Assembly: GCA_045633005.1 (NCBI GenBank) | Contig: JAZQXT010000047.1 | Coordinates: 33,476 to 97,475 of the forward strand | Origin: Eubacteriales bacterium | Lineage (GTDB): Bacteria; Bacillota; Clostridia; Oscillospirales; CAG-272 | Length of the DNA: 64,000 nucleotides | Direction: 5' to 3' | Shown: one piece after another, positions 46,458 through 56,186 of the stretch | Numbering within the stretch: position 1 is the stretch's first letter | Layout of the letters: each line of letters begins with the position of its first letter | Translations under genes and position numbers: made by a program | Notes under the pieces: model-generated | What the model saw: only the letters and a program-made list of their open reading frames with translations | Told to the model about the DNA's origin: nothing | The model's database searches: none

Positions 46458-47867
46458 TTACATTTTAATGCCAAAGCTTTCTTCCTCGTATTCATCCTCC
46501 GTCTGCTCGTCGCCATCGTCCGAGTCTTGGCTGATACCAAGCACGATACCGATAGCCGTACCGACAGCCGCACCAAGCGCGGAGCCCGTGTTGCGTGCTT
46601 CTCTCCGTTTCTTTTCCTCCTCGGATTCATCGCCGCTCTCAATTATACTTGCTATATCCCCAAGCCCACGCGCGCCCATAAAAGCAATACCAATATCATC
46701 GGCGCCGCCGTGAGTATGAGGCGAATGAACCATATCGCTTCGTCCCGAATGATCCTTCTGTTTATAACTCTTGAAGCTCTCTCGCTCGCGTTCCCAACCT
46801 GTTCGCTCGCTTCTTTTGCTATCTTCTTTATTTGCTCCTCTGCCGTCCGTGTCTGCTCCTGCGCCGCCTTTGCCATCGCCTCGGCGTACTTGCTCGCCTC
46901 CGCCTGCAAGCTCGCTCTTTGAGCCGTTAACTCGGCGCTCAGCGCTTCCAGACGCCTCACCATAGCCAGCAGATCGTTCCAGTCCCGCTCGCTCATCTGA
47001 ACCATTGTATTTCCCACATTCGGCTCGTGTTCGATAAGCGAGGAAGGGATATTCCTCGCCTTGAGCTTGTCCATATAGCTCTGCCCTGATCCTGAACTCA
47101 TGCTCCATATTCTCCTTTTGATATTTTTCTTCGTGCAATTTTATATCCCGCACTCGCTTTTCCGTACCGTCCTCAGCCTTCAGAATATAAGTAATATATT
47201 TTCTCTCGGGTGTCCACATCACGTCATAGCCGAGCTTTTTCATCTCGCGCAGGAACTCGCCCTTGCTTTTACAGCGCTTCATGCAATGGTCGATCGCTAC
47301 GCATAGCTGTATCTTCCAGCTGTTGCCGTTCACGGCGGCTCGGTATTCCTTGGGACTCGGGCGGAACGATTTATTTCGCGGATCGTATTTTTCAAGCACG
47401 TCAAGTCCGTGCGCCCGACAGATCTTATCGCTCAGCTCACGAAGGTCGCCAAGGAAAAATTTATTGTTGTGCAACTTCATTCCGCTTTCAAGCTCGTATG
47501 AGCATACGACCAGATGGTTGTGGATATGCTCTCTGTCTATATGAGTGGCTATCAGCACCTCACGGTTTCCAAATCCACAGGCAAGCTCCATACCTATCTC
47601 GTGTGCTTCCTTCGGCGTGATGTCCTCTCCGACCTTGAATGATTGCACGTAATGATAGAAGCGGACACCGTCGGGCTCGTGTCCGAACACCCTTTGCGTT
47701 GCAAGGAATGATTCGTTTGCCATTTCGGGAACACAATTGTAACCCGACACGTACGCAAGCCGCTCGTCCTCGTCAACCGTTTTCGACGGTTGCACACAGT
47801 AATCTATCACGCCCTTCTGCGCGCTCGGCGTTTGCTTCTTCTCGGGGATACATTCAACGATTGCCAT
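46458..47867 (-). CDS. MOBP-type relaxase
   Basis: IDYC, YHYVQSF, ATHIDREHIHNH (HUH) motifs; start reassigned to 47867. Confidence 0.9.
   Translation of the reverse strand: MAIVECIPEKKQTPSAQKGVIDYCVQPSKTVDEDERLAYVSGYNCVPEMANESFLATQRVFGHEPDGVRFYHYVQSFKVGEDITPKEAHEIGMELACGFGNREVLIATHIDREHIHNHLVVCSYELESGMKLHNNKFFLGDLRELSDKICRAHGLDVLEKYDPRNKSFRPSPKEYRAAVNGNSWKIQLCVAIDHCMKRCKSKGEFLREMKKLGYDVMWTPERKYITYILKAEDGTEKRVRDIKLHEEKYQKENMEHEFRIRAELYGQAQGEEYPFLAYRTRAECGKYNGSDERAGLERSAGYGEASGSAERRVNGSKSELAGGGEQVRRGDGKGGAGADTDGRGANKEDSKRSERTGWERERESFKSYKQKDHSGRSDMVHSPHTHGGADDIGIAFMGARGLGDIASIIESGDESEEEKKRREARNTGSALGAAVGTAIGIVLGISQDSDDGDEQTEDEYEEESFGIKM
46652..47101 (-). CDS. Overprinted MobB/MbeB-like coiled-coil + TM protein within the relaxase gene
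   Basis: Alternate frame, GGAG RBS, coiled coil and C-terminal TM helix. Confidence 0.6.
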   Translation of the reverse strand: MSSGSGQSYMDKLKARNIPSSLIEHEPNVGNTMVQMSERDWNDLLAMVRRLEALSAELTAQRASLQAEASKYAEAMAKAAQEQTRTAEEQIKKIAKEASEQVGNASERASRVINRRIIRDEAIWFIRLILTAAPMILVLLLWARVGLGI

Positions 47868-48171
47868 TGTTATTACTCCCAAGAACGAGAAGTATTTTTC
47901 TGTACACCGTCAGAAGCTCCGCAAGGTCTATCACCGTCGTTCTGCCCTGATGAGCAAGGCGTGTAAGCTGATTAAGATTGTTTCCTTGATAGCGAAGCTC
48001 CGAGTTCAGCTCGCGCAGATCGCTGTTGACAACGATCTCACCGTTCAAGCACATATCCATAACGAACTGCCGCATCGACGGTGCTACCGCCTCGTACATT
48101 CGTTCCTGTATAGCATATTTTTCTTCGGGCGTTACCCGAACCGTAATCGTTTCCGTTTGCGTTCTTCCCAA
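47854..48171 (-). CDS. mobC: MobC relaxosome accessory protein
   Basis: RHH N-terminus; LRYQGNNLNQLTR. Confidence 0.88.
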   Translation of the reverse strand: MGRTQTETITVRVTPEEKYAIQERMYEAVAPSMRQFVMDMCLNGEIVVNSDLRELNSELRYQGNNLNQLTRLAHQGRTTVIDLAELLTVYRKILLVLGSNNNGNR

Positions 48172-48253
48172 TAAATCACCTTCTCCTTCTTTTACGTTCC
48201 TTTACAAAGCAAAGTGGGTTTGGGCTTCTGCCCGATATAATGCGCTATGGCAT

Positions 48254-48293
48254 CACCGCCGACGGCGGTGGACGTCCTTGCGCTATGCTTGCC
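48254..48293. other. Putative oriT
   Basis: Inverted repeat CACCGCCG-A-CGGCGGTG and nic-like TATGCTTGCC upstream of mobC. Confidence 0.55.
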
Positions 48294-48417
48294 CCAGACG
48301 CAAAGCGTCAGGGAGTGGAAGAAAAACAAAATCACGCCCTTCTCCCGTGTCGGCGTGTCGGCAGCTTTGAGCGCGAGAGCCGCTACAGACGCTACCGACG
48401 CACCGACGCAAAATGCT

Positions 48418-49491
48418 TTACGCATCCGCGCTTTCTTCCCCGCTATGAACGCGCACTATCTTGATTTTCTTTCCCTCGTGCGTTCTGTAAAATGAGCATT
48501 CGTACCCAAGAGAACAGAACTGCGCGTGTCCGCACAACAGCTTTTTTGAGAGCACCGCAGGGGAGATATCAACACCGCTATGCTCCTTCAAGAGATCGGC
48601 AAGCTCTGTTGCGCTTCCGCAAAACTCGTCCGTGCCGCTCTGAATAAAATAATCGCTCACCTGATTTACCGTGGGATCGATCAATTTTACAAGCTCGGGA
48701 TTTTCATCACGCAAAACCCAAGTGCAGCTCTCCTGTGAGAACACGAGAGGTATCTCCAAGGTTTTGATATCTCTGCCCGTGCAGAACAGCGTTGCCGCAT
48801 TTTCGGTTCGCTTATCCCTTTGCAATATGAAGGTGCTGTCTACCGCACCCGAGATTCCCGTTGAGCCTGTTAGTGTATTCACGGGATCGCTTGCTCCCTG
48901 CTTTCTCAAATGGTGAACGAGAATAATAGCAACACGGTGCTTGGATGCAAGAGCCTTGAGAGTGCCAAGCTCCTTATAGTCGTTGGAATATAGATTGGCG
49001 GCACTTCCGACGTCCGATCTTATCTTCTGAAAGGTATCTACGATGATCAGCTTCGTATTTCGGTTTTCCTCCATGAATTTATCTATGTCCTCACAAAAAC
49101 CGTCAGCGAGAGTTTTGCACTCGACCGCACAATGAAGGTTTGGACTTCCCTCGTCCGTGATATCGAGAAGCCTTCGCTGCAATCTCTCGTAGCTGTCCTC
49201 CAAGGCAAGATACAGAACCGTCCCCTGCTTGCTTTCATAATTCCATATAGGCGCGCCCTTCGCAACCATAAGACCAAGCCAAAGCATCAGCCACGACTTT
49301 CCTATCTTCGCCGCGCCTCCGATAATATGAAGCCCCTGCGGTATCAGCTCGGACACAACGAACGGCGCAGTTTCAAGCGGTGTGTTCACCAAGGTTTCAG
49401 CGTCCATCGTTTCCAGCCCCGTAAGACCAAGAGCCGAAAGCATTTGTCTGCGGAAGTTTTCATCAAAGCTAAACTCTTTTTCTTCGTTCAA
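48418..49491 (-). CDS. AAA_25/RepA-type helicase-like ATPase
   Basis: GAAKIGKSW, YLALED, IVDTFQ, LVHHLRK, GSTGISGAVD; probable TTG start after GGAGGTG. Confidence 0.88.
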   Translation of the reverse strand: MNEEKEFSFDENFRRQMLSALGLTGLETMDAETLVNTPLETAPFVVSELIPQGLHIIGGAAKIGKSWLMLWLGLMVAKGAPIWNYESKQGTVLYLALEDSYERLQRRLLDITDEGSPNLHCAVECKTLADGFCEDIDKFMEENRNTKLIIVDTFQKIRSDVGSAANLYSNDYKELGTLKALASKHRVAIILVHHLRKQGASDPVNTLTGSTGISGAVDSTFILQRDKRTENAATLFCTGRDIKTLEIPLVFSQESCTWVLRDENPELVKLIDPTVNQVSDYFIQSGTDEFCGSATELADLLKEHSGVDISPAVLSKKLLCGHAQFCSLGYECSFYRTHEGKKIKIVRVHSGEESADA

Positions 49492-49843
49492 TAAGGCACC
49501 TCCGTTATTTTGTTTCAATGATTTTAGTCCTCGTCCGCGCACGACTCGGACCCCTTTTTGTCGACAGCAAAATTCTACCACAGCACTTGACAAAAATCAA
49601 TAGATAATGTATACTGTCTCTATCGTTATCTATTTTGTTATCTATTTTACTTGAATTTACATTTTGTTCACAAGTGGATTTTGCAAGGCGGAGCAAGGGA
49701 TTTCGGCACGTTTGCATGCCGTGATGCAAATTTTTTCAACCGTAAAAGCAGAAAAAATATTTTTACCCGAGCAAGAGTTATACATACAAATAAAAGTTTT
49801 TTATAATTTTTTCAACTTTTTTATTTATTAAGGAGTGTTTGTT

Positions 49844-51184
49844 ATGGCGAAAAAGCGGAAAAACATTTTCGAGATCACCGCATACTATTCGGGCAACACC
49901 TGCATAATAGATGAAAAGCACAGCTACAAGAGCTGCGAGATCCTCTGCAAGCTCTTCAATTATAACGCCGATAAAATTTCCGAGGTGCAAAGGGATCTGA
50001 AGCGTCTGCTCCAACTGCTCTTATTTAAGTTGGATGATAACTACGACGCTTGGAAAAATTATGATTCCAACGTATATAAAACACAAGCTCACTTGAATTG
50101 GGTTAAAGATCTGCTTCTCAAAATGCCGCTGTATAAGCACATAACGCATCTTGAGGATTTTGATTATCAGGATCTGATCAATTGCTTGAACCGCCATACC
50201 ATTATGTTCGATCGTCACTATAACGATATGTGTTTGCTCGCTTCGGAAAGAGACGAGGAAGAAAAGAAACTCGAGTACGACGCAAACTCAGAATACGAAG
50301 AAGATCTTGATGACTATGAGGATGATGCTGATGATGACGGAGAAGACTTCGATGATCTAAGCGATCACTATTCATTTTATGAAGCCCCAAGATATGAGAG
50401 CCGAGACCTCGGCTTCAACGACAGCCTCGTTCTCGAAGACAACTCCGAGCGTGACAGAGATCTGCGCTACTTCCGCCCCGAGTGGAAGTACTGCGAGCGA
50501 GAGCTGGAAGATCATTTGGGAGCAGAGCTGTTAAATCGTGATCTGCGCGATCTGATCGAACCATACGTTGACCTTCTTGACACTCTCGTATTTTTAAAGG
50601 ACACATACGGAAGATTTCTTGACAACTTCATACACTCCAAGGGCAGATATCTCACCGAGGACGAGATTGCAATTCTTTATGAAAAATATACCTCGGAGCA
50701 GAGCGACAGAAAAATCATCCATTCGCACAGCACGATGTCACTCGTATGTAAGACCGTCAAGCTCGGCAACAAGTCGGTATGGTGCGACGTGTATACCTTT
50801 GACAGCCTTTCTTCTTTCCTCTACTTTGATTTCTTCCGCGGGCTTCGCGTGGGATACATCCCGAAGCGTTGCGAGCATTGCGGCAAGTTCTTTCTTCTGA
50901 CCGCGGGACGCTATTACGATTTCTGCGAGCGCGTTGTTAAGGGCACGAACGGTAAGACCTGCCGTGATATCGGCGCACACAAGAAGTACGAGGAGAAGTG
51001 CAAGAGCGATCCCGTGTGGCTTGCCTACAACCGTGCGTACAAGGCGCACTACGCAAGGCTTCTTAAAAAGAAAATGACCAAATCAGAATTTCTGACTTGG
51101 TCGACGTGGGCGGCAGACTACCGCGACGCTGCCCTTTGCGGCAAGGTGCGCATCGAGGAGTATGAGAAGAAGATAAAGGAATAA
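49844..51184 (+). CDS. DUF6076-like protein with C-terminal Zn finger
   Basis: PKRCEHCGKFF...FCER...TCRDIGA; AYNRAYKAHYAR. Confidence 0.75.
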   Translation: MAKKRKNIFEITAYYSGNTCIIDEKHSYKSCEILCKLFNYNADKISEVQRDLKRLLQLLLFKLDDNYDAWKNYDSNVYKTQAHLNWVKDLLLKMPLYKHITHLEDFDYQDLINCLNRHTIMFDRHYNDMCLLASERDEEEKKLEYDANSEYEEDLDDYEDDADDDGEDFDDLSDHYSFYEAPRYESRDLGFNDSLVLEDNSERDRDLRYFRPEWKYCERELEDHLGAELLNRDLRDLIEPYVDLLDTLVFLKDTYGRFLDNFIHSKGRYLTEDEIAILYEKYTSEQSDRKIIHSHSTMSLVCKTVKLGNKSVWCDVYTFDSLSSFLYFDFFRGLRVGYIPKRCEHCGKFFLLTAGRYYDFCERVVKGTNGKTCRDIGAHKKYEEKCKSDPVWLAYNRAYKAHYARLLKKKMTKSEFLTWSTWAADYRDAALCGKVRIEEYEKKIKE

Positions 51185-51294
51185 AAATGGAATTTTGTGA
51201 TTCCAATATTTTCAAAGCAAAATTTGTATAAAGCAGTTGACAAGGTAGCATAATTGTGATACAATAATACTACCAAGATAAGGAGGTTTTGATA

Positions 51295-51591
51295 ATGACT
51301 AATGCTATTTCTATAAGACCGTCAAAGGATATACGCACAAATTACGCGCAAATTTCTGCCCTGACGAGAAGCAATCCTGTTGCGATTACGGTTAACGGCA
51401 AAGAAGATACTGTTCTTCTCAGTCATGAGGATTTTCAAGATCAGCAAAATTATATCGCAGAGCTTGAAGCAAAGCTCGCCGTATATGCACACTTGGCGCA
51501 AGCAATGGATGATGTTAAGCTCGGCAGAGTTCAAGATGCTGACGAAGCGTATGACGATATCATTGCGGAATTGGAGAACCTCGACTTATGA
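51295..51591 (+). CDS. Phd/YefM antitoxin
   Basis: IRPSKDIRTNY..NPVAITVNGKEDTVLLS; overlaps the toxin start. Confidence 0.88.
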   Translation: MTNAISIRPSKDIRTNYAQISALTRSNPVAITVNGKEDTVLLSHEDFQDQQNYIAELEAKLAVYAHLAQAMDDVKLGRVQDADEAYDDIIAELENLDL

Positions 51592-51917
51592 GTTTTAAGG
51601 TTAAGTTCGCCGATACTGCCAAAGAAGATCTTCGCAACATTGCCACATATATCGCCGAGCAATCCAAGGACAAAAAAATTGCTATCAACTTCGTTAACGA
51701 ATTGAGAGAAAAAACAAAGATTCTTGAGACCTTCCCCGAGTGTGGCACGATTCCCGATGATAGAATTATGAAAAACTCGAACTACCGTTTTTTAGTTCAT
51801 AAGGAATACCTGATCTTCTATCACTATATTTCGAAAGATAACACATCTTATATTCTTTCAATTTTTAACGCGAAACGCGACTATTCCCGAGTCATGAGGA
51901 AGTTCATCAAAAAATAA
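51588..51917 (+). CDS. RelE/ParE toxin
   Basis: FADTAKEDLRNIATYIA, LETFPECG, YRFLVHKEYLIFY. Confidence 0.88.
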   Translation: MSFKVKFADTAKEDLRNIATYIAEQSKDKKIAINFVNELREKTKILETFPECGTIPDDRIMKNSNYRFLVHKEYLIFYHYISKDNTSYILSIFNAKRDYSRVMRKFIKK

Positions 51918-52173
51918 AACTCTCTCATTTTTCAAAAAAGCACTTGACAAATGACCGCTTCAGAGTTAAGATAAAAGTATCGAAGCCCCGATTTTTGCTT
52001 ATTGCGTAGGAATTCAGTGCATAGTTTTGGTGCATAGTGGGTATCATTCTGCACTAAAAGTACATTGAAGGGGTAACACGAAAACTGCCCAAAAGGCGTA
52101 AAAAAGCGTAAATACGGTACGATATCCCTAAATAAGGAACGATAACGGCTAAAATCCCTTGTGCAAAGGCCCA

Positions 52174-52218
52174 TTGGGGTGGTAGAGGCCGCACGTTCAA
52201 GTCGTGTCACTCAGACCA
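52174..52218 (+). other. 3' half of tRNA-Pro(GGG), att site remnant
   Basis: TTGGGGTGGTAGAGGCCGCACGTTCAAGTCGTGTCACTCAGACCA: anticodon loop, T-arm, CCA; no 5' half upstream; terminator hairpin follows. Confidence 0.8.
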
Positions 52219-52377
52219 AATAAAGCCGTTTGGCATTTGCCAGACGGCTTTATTTAGTTTTAGTCAAAATGGCGCAGGACGTCTACGTTTCGCAGAGCAT
52301 CTGCGAAACGTATTATTTGCGCGCTACCGCCCAAATAAGCGGTTTTTAGCCCTTTTTGCGCGCAAATTTACGTTCCT

Positions 52378-52397
52378 AAGTCGTGTCACTCAGACCA
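52378..52397 (+). repeat. Second att core copy (20 bp)
   Basis: AAGTCGTGTCACTCAGACCA, identical to 52199-52218. Confidence 0.9.
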
Positions 52398-52478
52398 TAT
52401 CGAGTGTTCATAACTGATGTTAGGAACACTCGATATTTTTTATTCATTCTAAAAGCATTACAAAAGGAGGCTGTTTTT

Positions 52479-52751
52479 ATGGAATGCCCTCACTGCGGAT
52501 CAAAAAACATACATATACAAACGATTCGGAAGGATAAAGAATCCCGCAACGCACTCATCCTATTTATAGTTTTATTGTTAATTATTCTCACAGTATTCGT
52601 CAATGGAAATTCTTGGTTAGAAAGCGTGTTCGTGGGAGGCATAATAGCAATCCCCTTGTTCGCAATATTAAAACTCATTTTAGCAATTATTCCCGCAGGC
52701 AAGGAAACCGTCATAGTTTGTTTCGACTGCGGTAAAAAATCAAGATTTTGA
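52479..52751 (+). CDS. Small two-TM protein with split Zn ribbon
   Basis: MECPHCGS...two TM...CFDCGK; AAGGAGG RBS. Confidence 0.75.
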   Translation: MECPHCGSKNIHIQTIRKDKESRNALILFIVLLLIILTVFVNGNSWLESVFVGGIIAIPLFAILKLILAIIPAGKETVIVCFDCGKKSRF

Positions 52752-53010
52752 TTATAAAATCCCAATAGCTCATCAAATCTGAGGTTCAACCGGACCTCAG
52801 ATTTTTATTTTATTTTCTCTCGTTTTCTCGCAAATGCTCGTTTTTTCAGAAAATAACAAATGGACTTGCTCGCCCCAAATTTAAGGGTGAACAAGCCCAT
52901 TTTTCGCCTTTGACCACATTTTTGACCACTTAGGGAGATTTTGACTACATTTTTTATTTATTTTGGCATATTCTTACGCGTTTGTTTCTGCCGTCGAATT
53001 GGAATTTGTT

Positions 53011-53604
53011 TTATTGTTTTCTGCTTACGATAATATATGCGTTATCGGTTTCAATTACATCCACAACCGACATTTCGGTTTCACCGATAATTGATACTGT
53101 GTTGTCGATGTTGTCAGGATATACCTTGATTTTGCGAGTTCCCATATCAATATATTCGTTTTGGTTTTTATCAATGGATAAGCAAAAGATACCGTTATCA
53201 TTCAACAATTTATCGACTTTAGTAATAACAGTTACTTTATTCTTAAAGTGCATCATTGTGAGGGATGAATATATAACATCGAATGTTTCGTCAAATTCGT
53301 GACTATTAAAATCGCTGCATATGAAAGAAATATTGCTGTATTCTTTTAGGTTATCTTTTGCTCTCTCAATAGTTTGGGGAGAAATATCAATCCCTGTCAT
53401 CTTTAAGCAGCGTGGAGCAACCTTGACGGCAATTCTTCCTGTGCCTATACCGATTTCCAAAACTGATTTATCTTTGGAAAGCTCCAACGCTTCCAAAAAC
53501 GGCACTCCATCCCATTTGCTCATATATTCTTGCAAAATGGGGGGATCACGGAAGGGATCGTTTTGTTCTTCTATCAACAAATCATAATGATCGATTACAT
53601 CCAT
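53011..53604 (-). CDS. Class I SAM-dependent methyltransferase
   Basis: VLEIGIGTGR, GIDIS, FDVIYS. Confidence 0.88.
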   Translation of the reverse strand: MDVIDHYDLLIEEQNDPFRDPPILQEYMSKWDGVPFLEALELSKDKSVLEIGIGTGRIAVKVAPRCLKMTGIDISPQTIERAKDNLKEYSNISFICSDFNSHEFDETFDVIYSSLTMMHFKNKVTVITKVDKLLNDNGIFCLSIDKNQNEYIDMGTRKIKVYPDNIDNTVSIIGETEMSVVDVIETDNAYIIVSRKQ

Positions 53605-53637
53605 AGCAACTACCTCCGTCAAATTCTTATTTATCTA

Positions 53638-54678
53638 TTAGATATTACACTCCACCGCAACCTTGATAACTCCGTCGCGTTTGTTTTCAAACAGCTCGTA
53701 CGCATCGGCGATATTTGAAAGCTGGTAGGTATGCGTGATGAGCGGCTCGGTATCGAGCTTGCCCTCGGCGATGAGGGCGAGGGTTTCCTCGCAATCGCAA
53801 CCGTCAACGCCGCCGGTCTTGAAGGTCAGATTCTTGCCGTACATATCGGGCAGAGGCAGAGTCTGCGCCTTGTCGTAAAGCGCCACCACCGTGACGATCG
53901 CATTCGGGCGCGCGCACTGCCACGCAAGCTCGAAGGTGTTCTCTGCTCCTGCCACCTCAAGCACCACGTCCGCGCCGCCGTGATCGCTGTTCTTGCGAAC
54001 GAAATCAAGGCATTTTTCGGGCGTGTCCGTCAGCACATCGGGGTAGTGGTCATTCACAAACTTGATACGATTTTCGTCCTTCTCGCACACGATGATGCGC
54101 TTGGGTGCTTTGAGCATCACGCACAGAAGCGTACAGATTCCCGTGGGGCCTGCTCCGATGATGAGAACCGTATCGTCCTCTGTGATCTCGGATATCTTCG
54201 CCGCCCAATAACCCGTAGCGAGAACATCGCCCACGAGCAGGGCTTGTCTGTCGGTTACGGCATCGGGGATCTTGTTCAGCCCCTGATCCGCAAACGGCAC
54301 GCGAACGTACTCTGCCTGACCGCCGTCAATGCGGCAACCAAGAGCCCAACCGCCATTCTTGTCGGTGCAGTTGTTGACAAATCCCTTTTTGCAGAAGAAG
54401 CACTCGCCGCAGAAGGTCTCCACGTTGACCGTAACTCTGTCGCCCGCCTTTACGTGCGTGACAGCCGAGCCGACTTCTTCAACGATTCCGACCATCTCGT
54501 GCCCGACCGTGATTCCTTCCACCGCTCTCGGCACGCTGCCGTGCTTGATATGCAGATCACTCGAACAGATGCTCGCAAGCGTGACCTTAACGATAGCATC
54601 CCTCTCGTGCTGTATTGTCGGCTTGGGCTTCTCAACCAAACCGAATTTTCCTTTTGATATATACGTGTAGGTTAGCAT
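53638..54678 (-). CDS. Zn-dependent alcohol dehydrogenase
   Basis: ICSSDLH, GHEMVG, CGECFFC..NC, GAGPTG. Confidence 0.93.
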   Translation of the reverse strand: MLTYTYISKGKFGLVEKPKPTIQHERDAIVKVTLASICSSDLHIKHGSVPRAVEGITVGHEMVGIVEEVGSAVTHVKAGDRVTVNVETFCGECFFCKKGFVNNCTDKNGGWALGCRIDGGQAEYVRVPFADQGLNKIPDAVTDRQALLVGDVLATGYWAAKISEITEDDTVLIIGAGPTGICTLLCVMLKAPKRIIVCEKDENRIKFVNDHYPDVLTDTPEKCLDFVRKNSDHGGADVVLEVAGAENTFELAWQCARPNAIVTVVALYDKAQTLPLPDMYGKNLTFKTGGVDGCDCEETLALIAEGKLDTEPLITHTYQLSNIADAYELFENKRDGVIKVAVECNI

Positions 54679-54714
54679 GATCCTCTCCCCTTTTCTTTGC
54701 CTAATGCGGTGCAG

Positions 54715-55104
54715 TTATTGAGGTTTTACGGTTTCGCCCTTCCAATCAAGGATGCCGCCGAACTCGACGATGTTCGTGTAACCAAGCTTCACAAGCTTCT
54801 CGGATGCCTCTTTACTGCGTCGACCGCTGCGGCAGTACACCATAATGAGCTGATCCTTGTCGGGCAGTTCGGGGATCTCCTCCGCACCGATGGTTTCGTT
54901 AGGCACGTTGATGGCATTCGGAATATGCCCTGCGGCGAACTCGTCGGGGCGGCGCACGTCGAGAATGACGTAGCCCGTTTCCTGCGCCATCATAGCGACC
55001 GCATCGTCCATGCTTATCTGTCGGTAGGTGTTTGCTTGATTGCCCGCGCCCGCACAGCCCGTAAACATCAGAGCGGACAAGAATATCGGTATTAATTTTT
55101 TCAT
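54715..55104 (-). CDS. Rhodanese-like lipoprotein
   Basis: Lipobox FTGC; LDVR..EF..GHIPNA, YCRSGRRS. Confidence 0.9.
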   Translation of the reverse strand: MKKLIPIFLSALMFTGCAGAGNQANTYRQISMDDAVAMMAQETGYVILDVRRPDEFAAGHIPNAINVPNETIGAEEIPELPDKDQLIMVYCRSGRRSKEASEKLVKLGYTNIVEFGGILDWKGETVKPQ

Positions 55105-55270
55105 AATCTATCTCCTTTTTGTACCGTCGCACGGTATTTATCACATAAACATTATACCACAAAACGCGATTTCCTTCAATAAAATTCTGCAAACAAGGCG
55201 GCAGATTGCTCTGCCGCCCTTTTCTTTGCCTGCAGCGGTGCAGACGTTGATACTTGGCTTAATGAGTATT

Positions 55271-56074
55271 TCATTGAGAATATTTCCCGCGCAGATCAAA
55301 TGCGTGATTCATCGGACCCGACTCTGCACCGAGATCAAGCATTGCTCCAAGCGCGCCCGATATGTAGTCCTTCGCTCTTTCAATGGAAGCTTCAAGGTCA
55401 TATCCTTTTGCAAGATTGGACGCAATCGCGGACGAGAGCGTACAGCCCGTGCCGTGTGTGTTGGGATTATCGATACGCTTACCGCTGAACCATTTGTATC
55501 TTCCGTTTGAATACAGAAGGTCGTTTGCATCGCTCACGCTGTGACCGCCTTTCAGAAGCACGGCACAGCCGTGAGCATCGCCGATGAGCTTTGCCACGCG
55601 CTCCATATCCTCTTTGCCTTGAATGCTCTCTCCCGAAAGAACCTCGGCTTCGGGAATGTTCGGCGTTACAAGTGTGGCAAGCGGAAGGAGCTTTTGCCTC
55701 AATACCGTAACCGCATTGCTTTTCATAAGTTCAGAACCGCTTGTCGCAACCATAACGGGATCGACAACTATGTTTTCTGCTTTGTAATAGGCAAGTCGGT
55801 CGGCAATTACCTCGATCAGTTCTGCCGAGGACACCATACCGATCTTCACAGCATCGGGACGGATATCCTCAAACACCGCGTCGATCTGATCCTTCAAAAA
55901 TTCGGGAGAGGACTCCATAATTGATCTTACGCCGGTCGTGTTCTGTGCCGTGAGTGCGGTTATCGCACTCATGGCATAAACACCGTTCATTGTCATCGTC
56001 TTAATATCTGCCCCGATACCGGCGCCTCCGCTGCAATCGCTTCCTGCAATGGTCAATGCTGTTTTCATTTTCAT
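55271..56074 (-). CDS. thiD: Hydroxymethylpyrimidine/phosphomethylpyrimidine kinase
   Basis: TIAGSDCSGGAGIGAD, DPVMVATSG, THGTGCTLSSA. Confidence 0.95.
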   Translation of the reverse strand: MKMKTALTIAGSDCSGGAGIGADIKTMTMNGVYAMSAITALTAQNTTGVRSIMESSPEFLKDQIDAVFEDIRPDAVKIGMVSSAELIEVIADRLAYYKAENIVVDPVMVATSGSELMKSNAVTVLRQKLLPLATLVTPNIPEAEVLSGESIQGKEDMERVAKLIGDAHGCAVLLKGGHSVSDANDLLYSNGRYKWFSGKRIDNPNTHGTGCTLSSAIASNLAKGYDLEASIERAKDYISGALGAMLDLGAESGPMNHAFDLRGKYSQ

Positions 56075-56186
56075 AAAAATACTCCTTTCATTTTCAGCAT
56101 CGTTTTGTATAGCGGCATAAGGTGGTGCCCCCGATCTGCCGCTTTTTATCTTAAAATTCGCCTTGATCGGTTTTATTCGCCCTTTA

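Larger units (their letters stand above)
25853..52218. mobile_element. Integrative mobilizable element with cargo (left boundary uncertain)
   Basis: Integrase, xis-like gene, relaxase, mobC, oriT, AAA helicase, TA pair, att-like tRNA fragment at the right end; no T4SS genes. Confidence 0.65.

Noticed and set aside
52174..52218. Functional tRNA-Pro gene
   Set aside because: 5' acceptor strand and D-arm are missing; it is an att fragment
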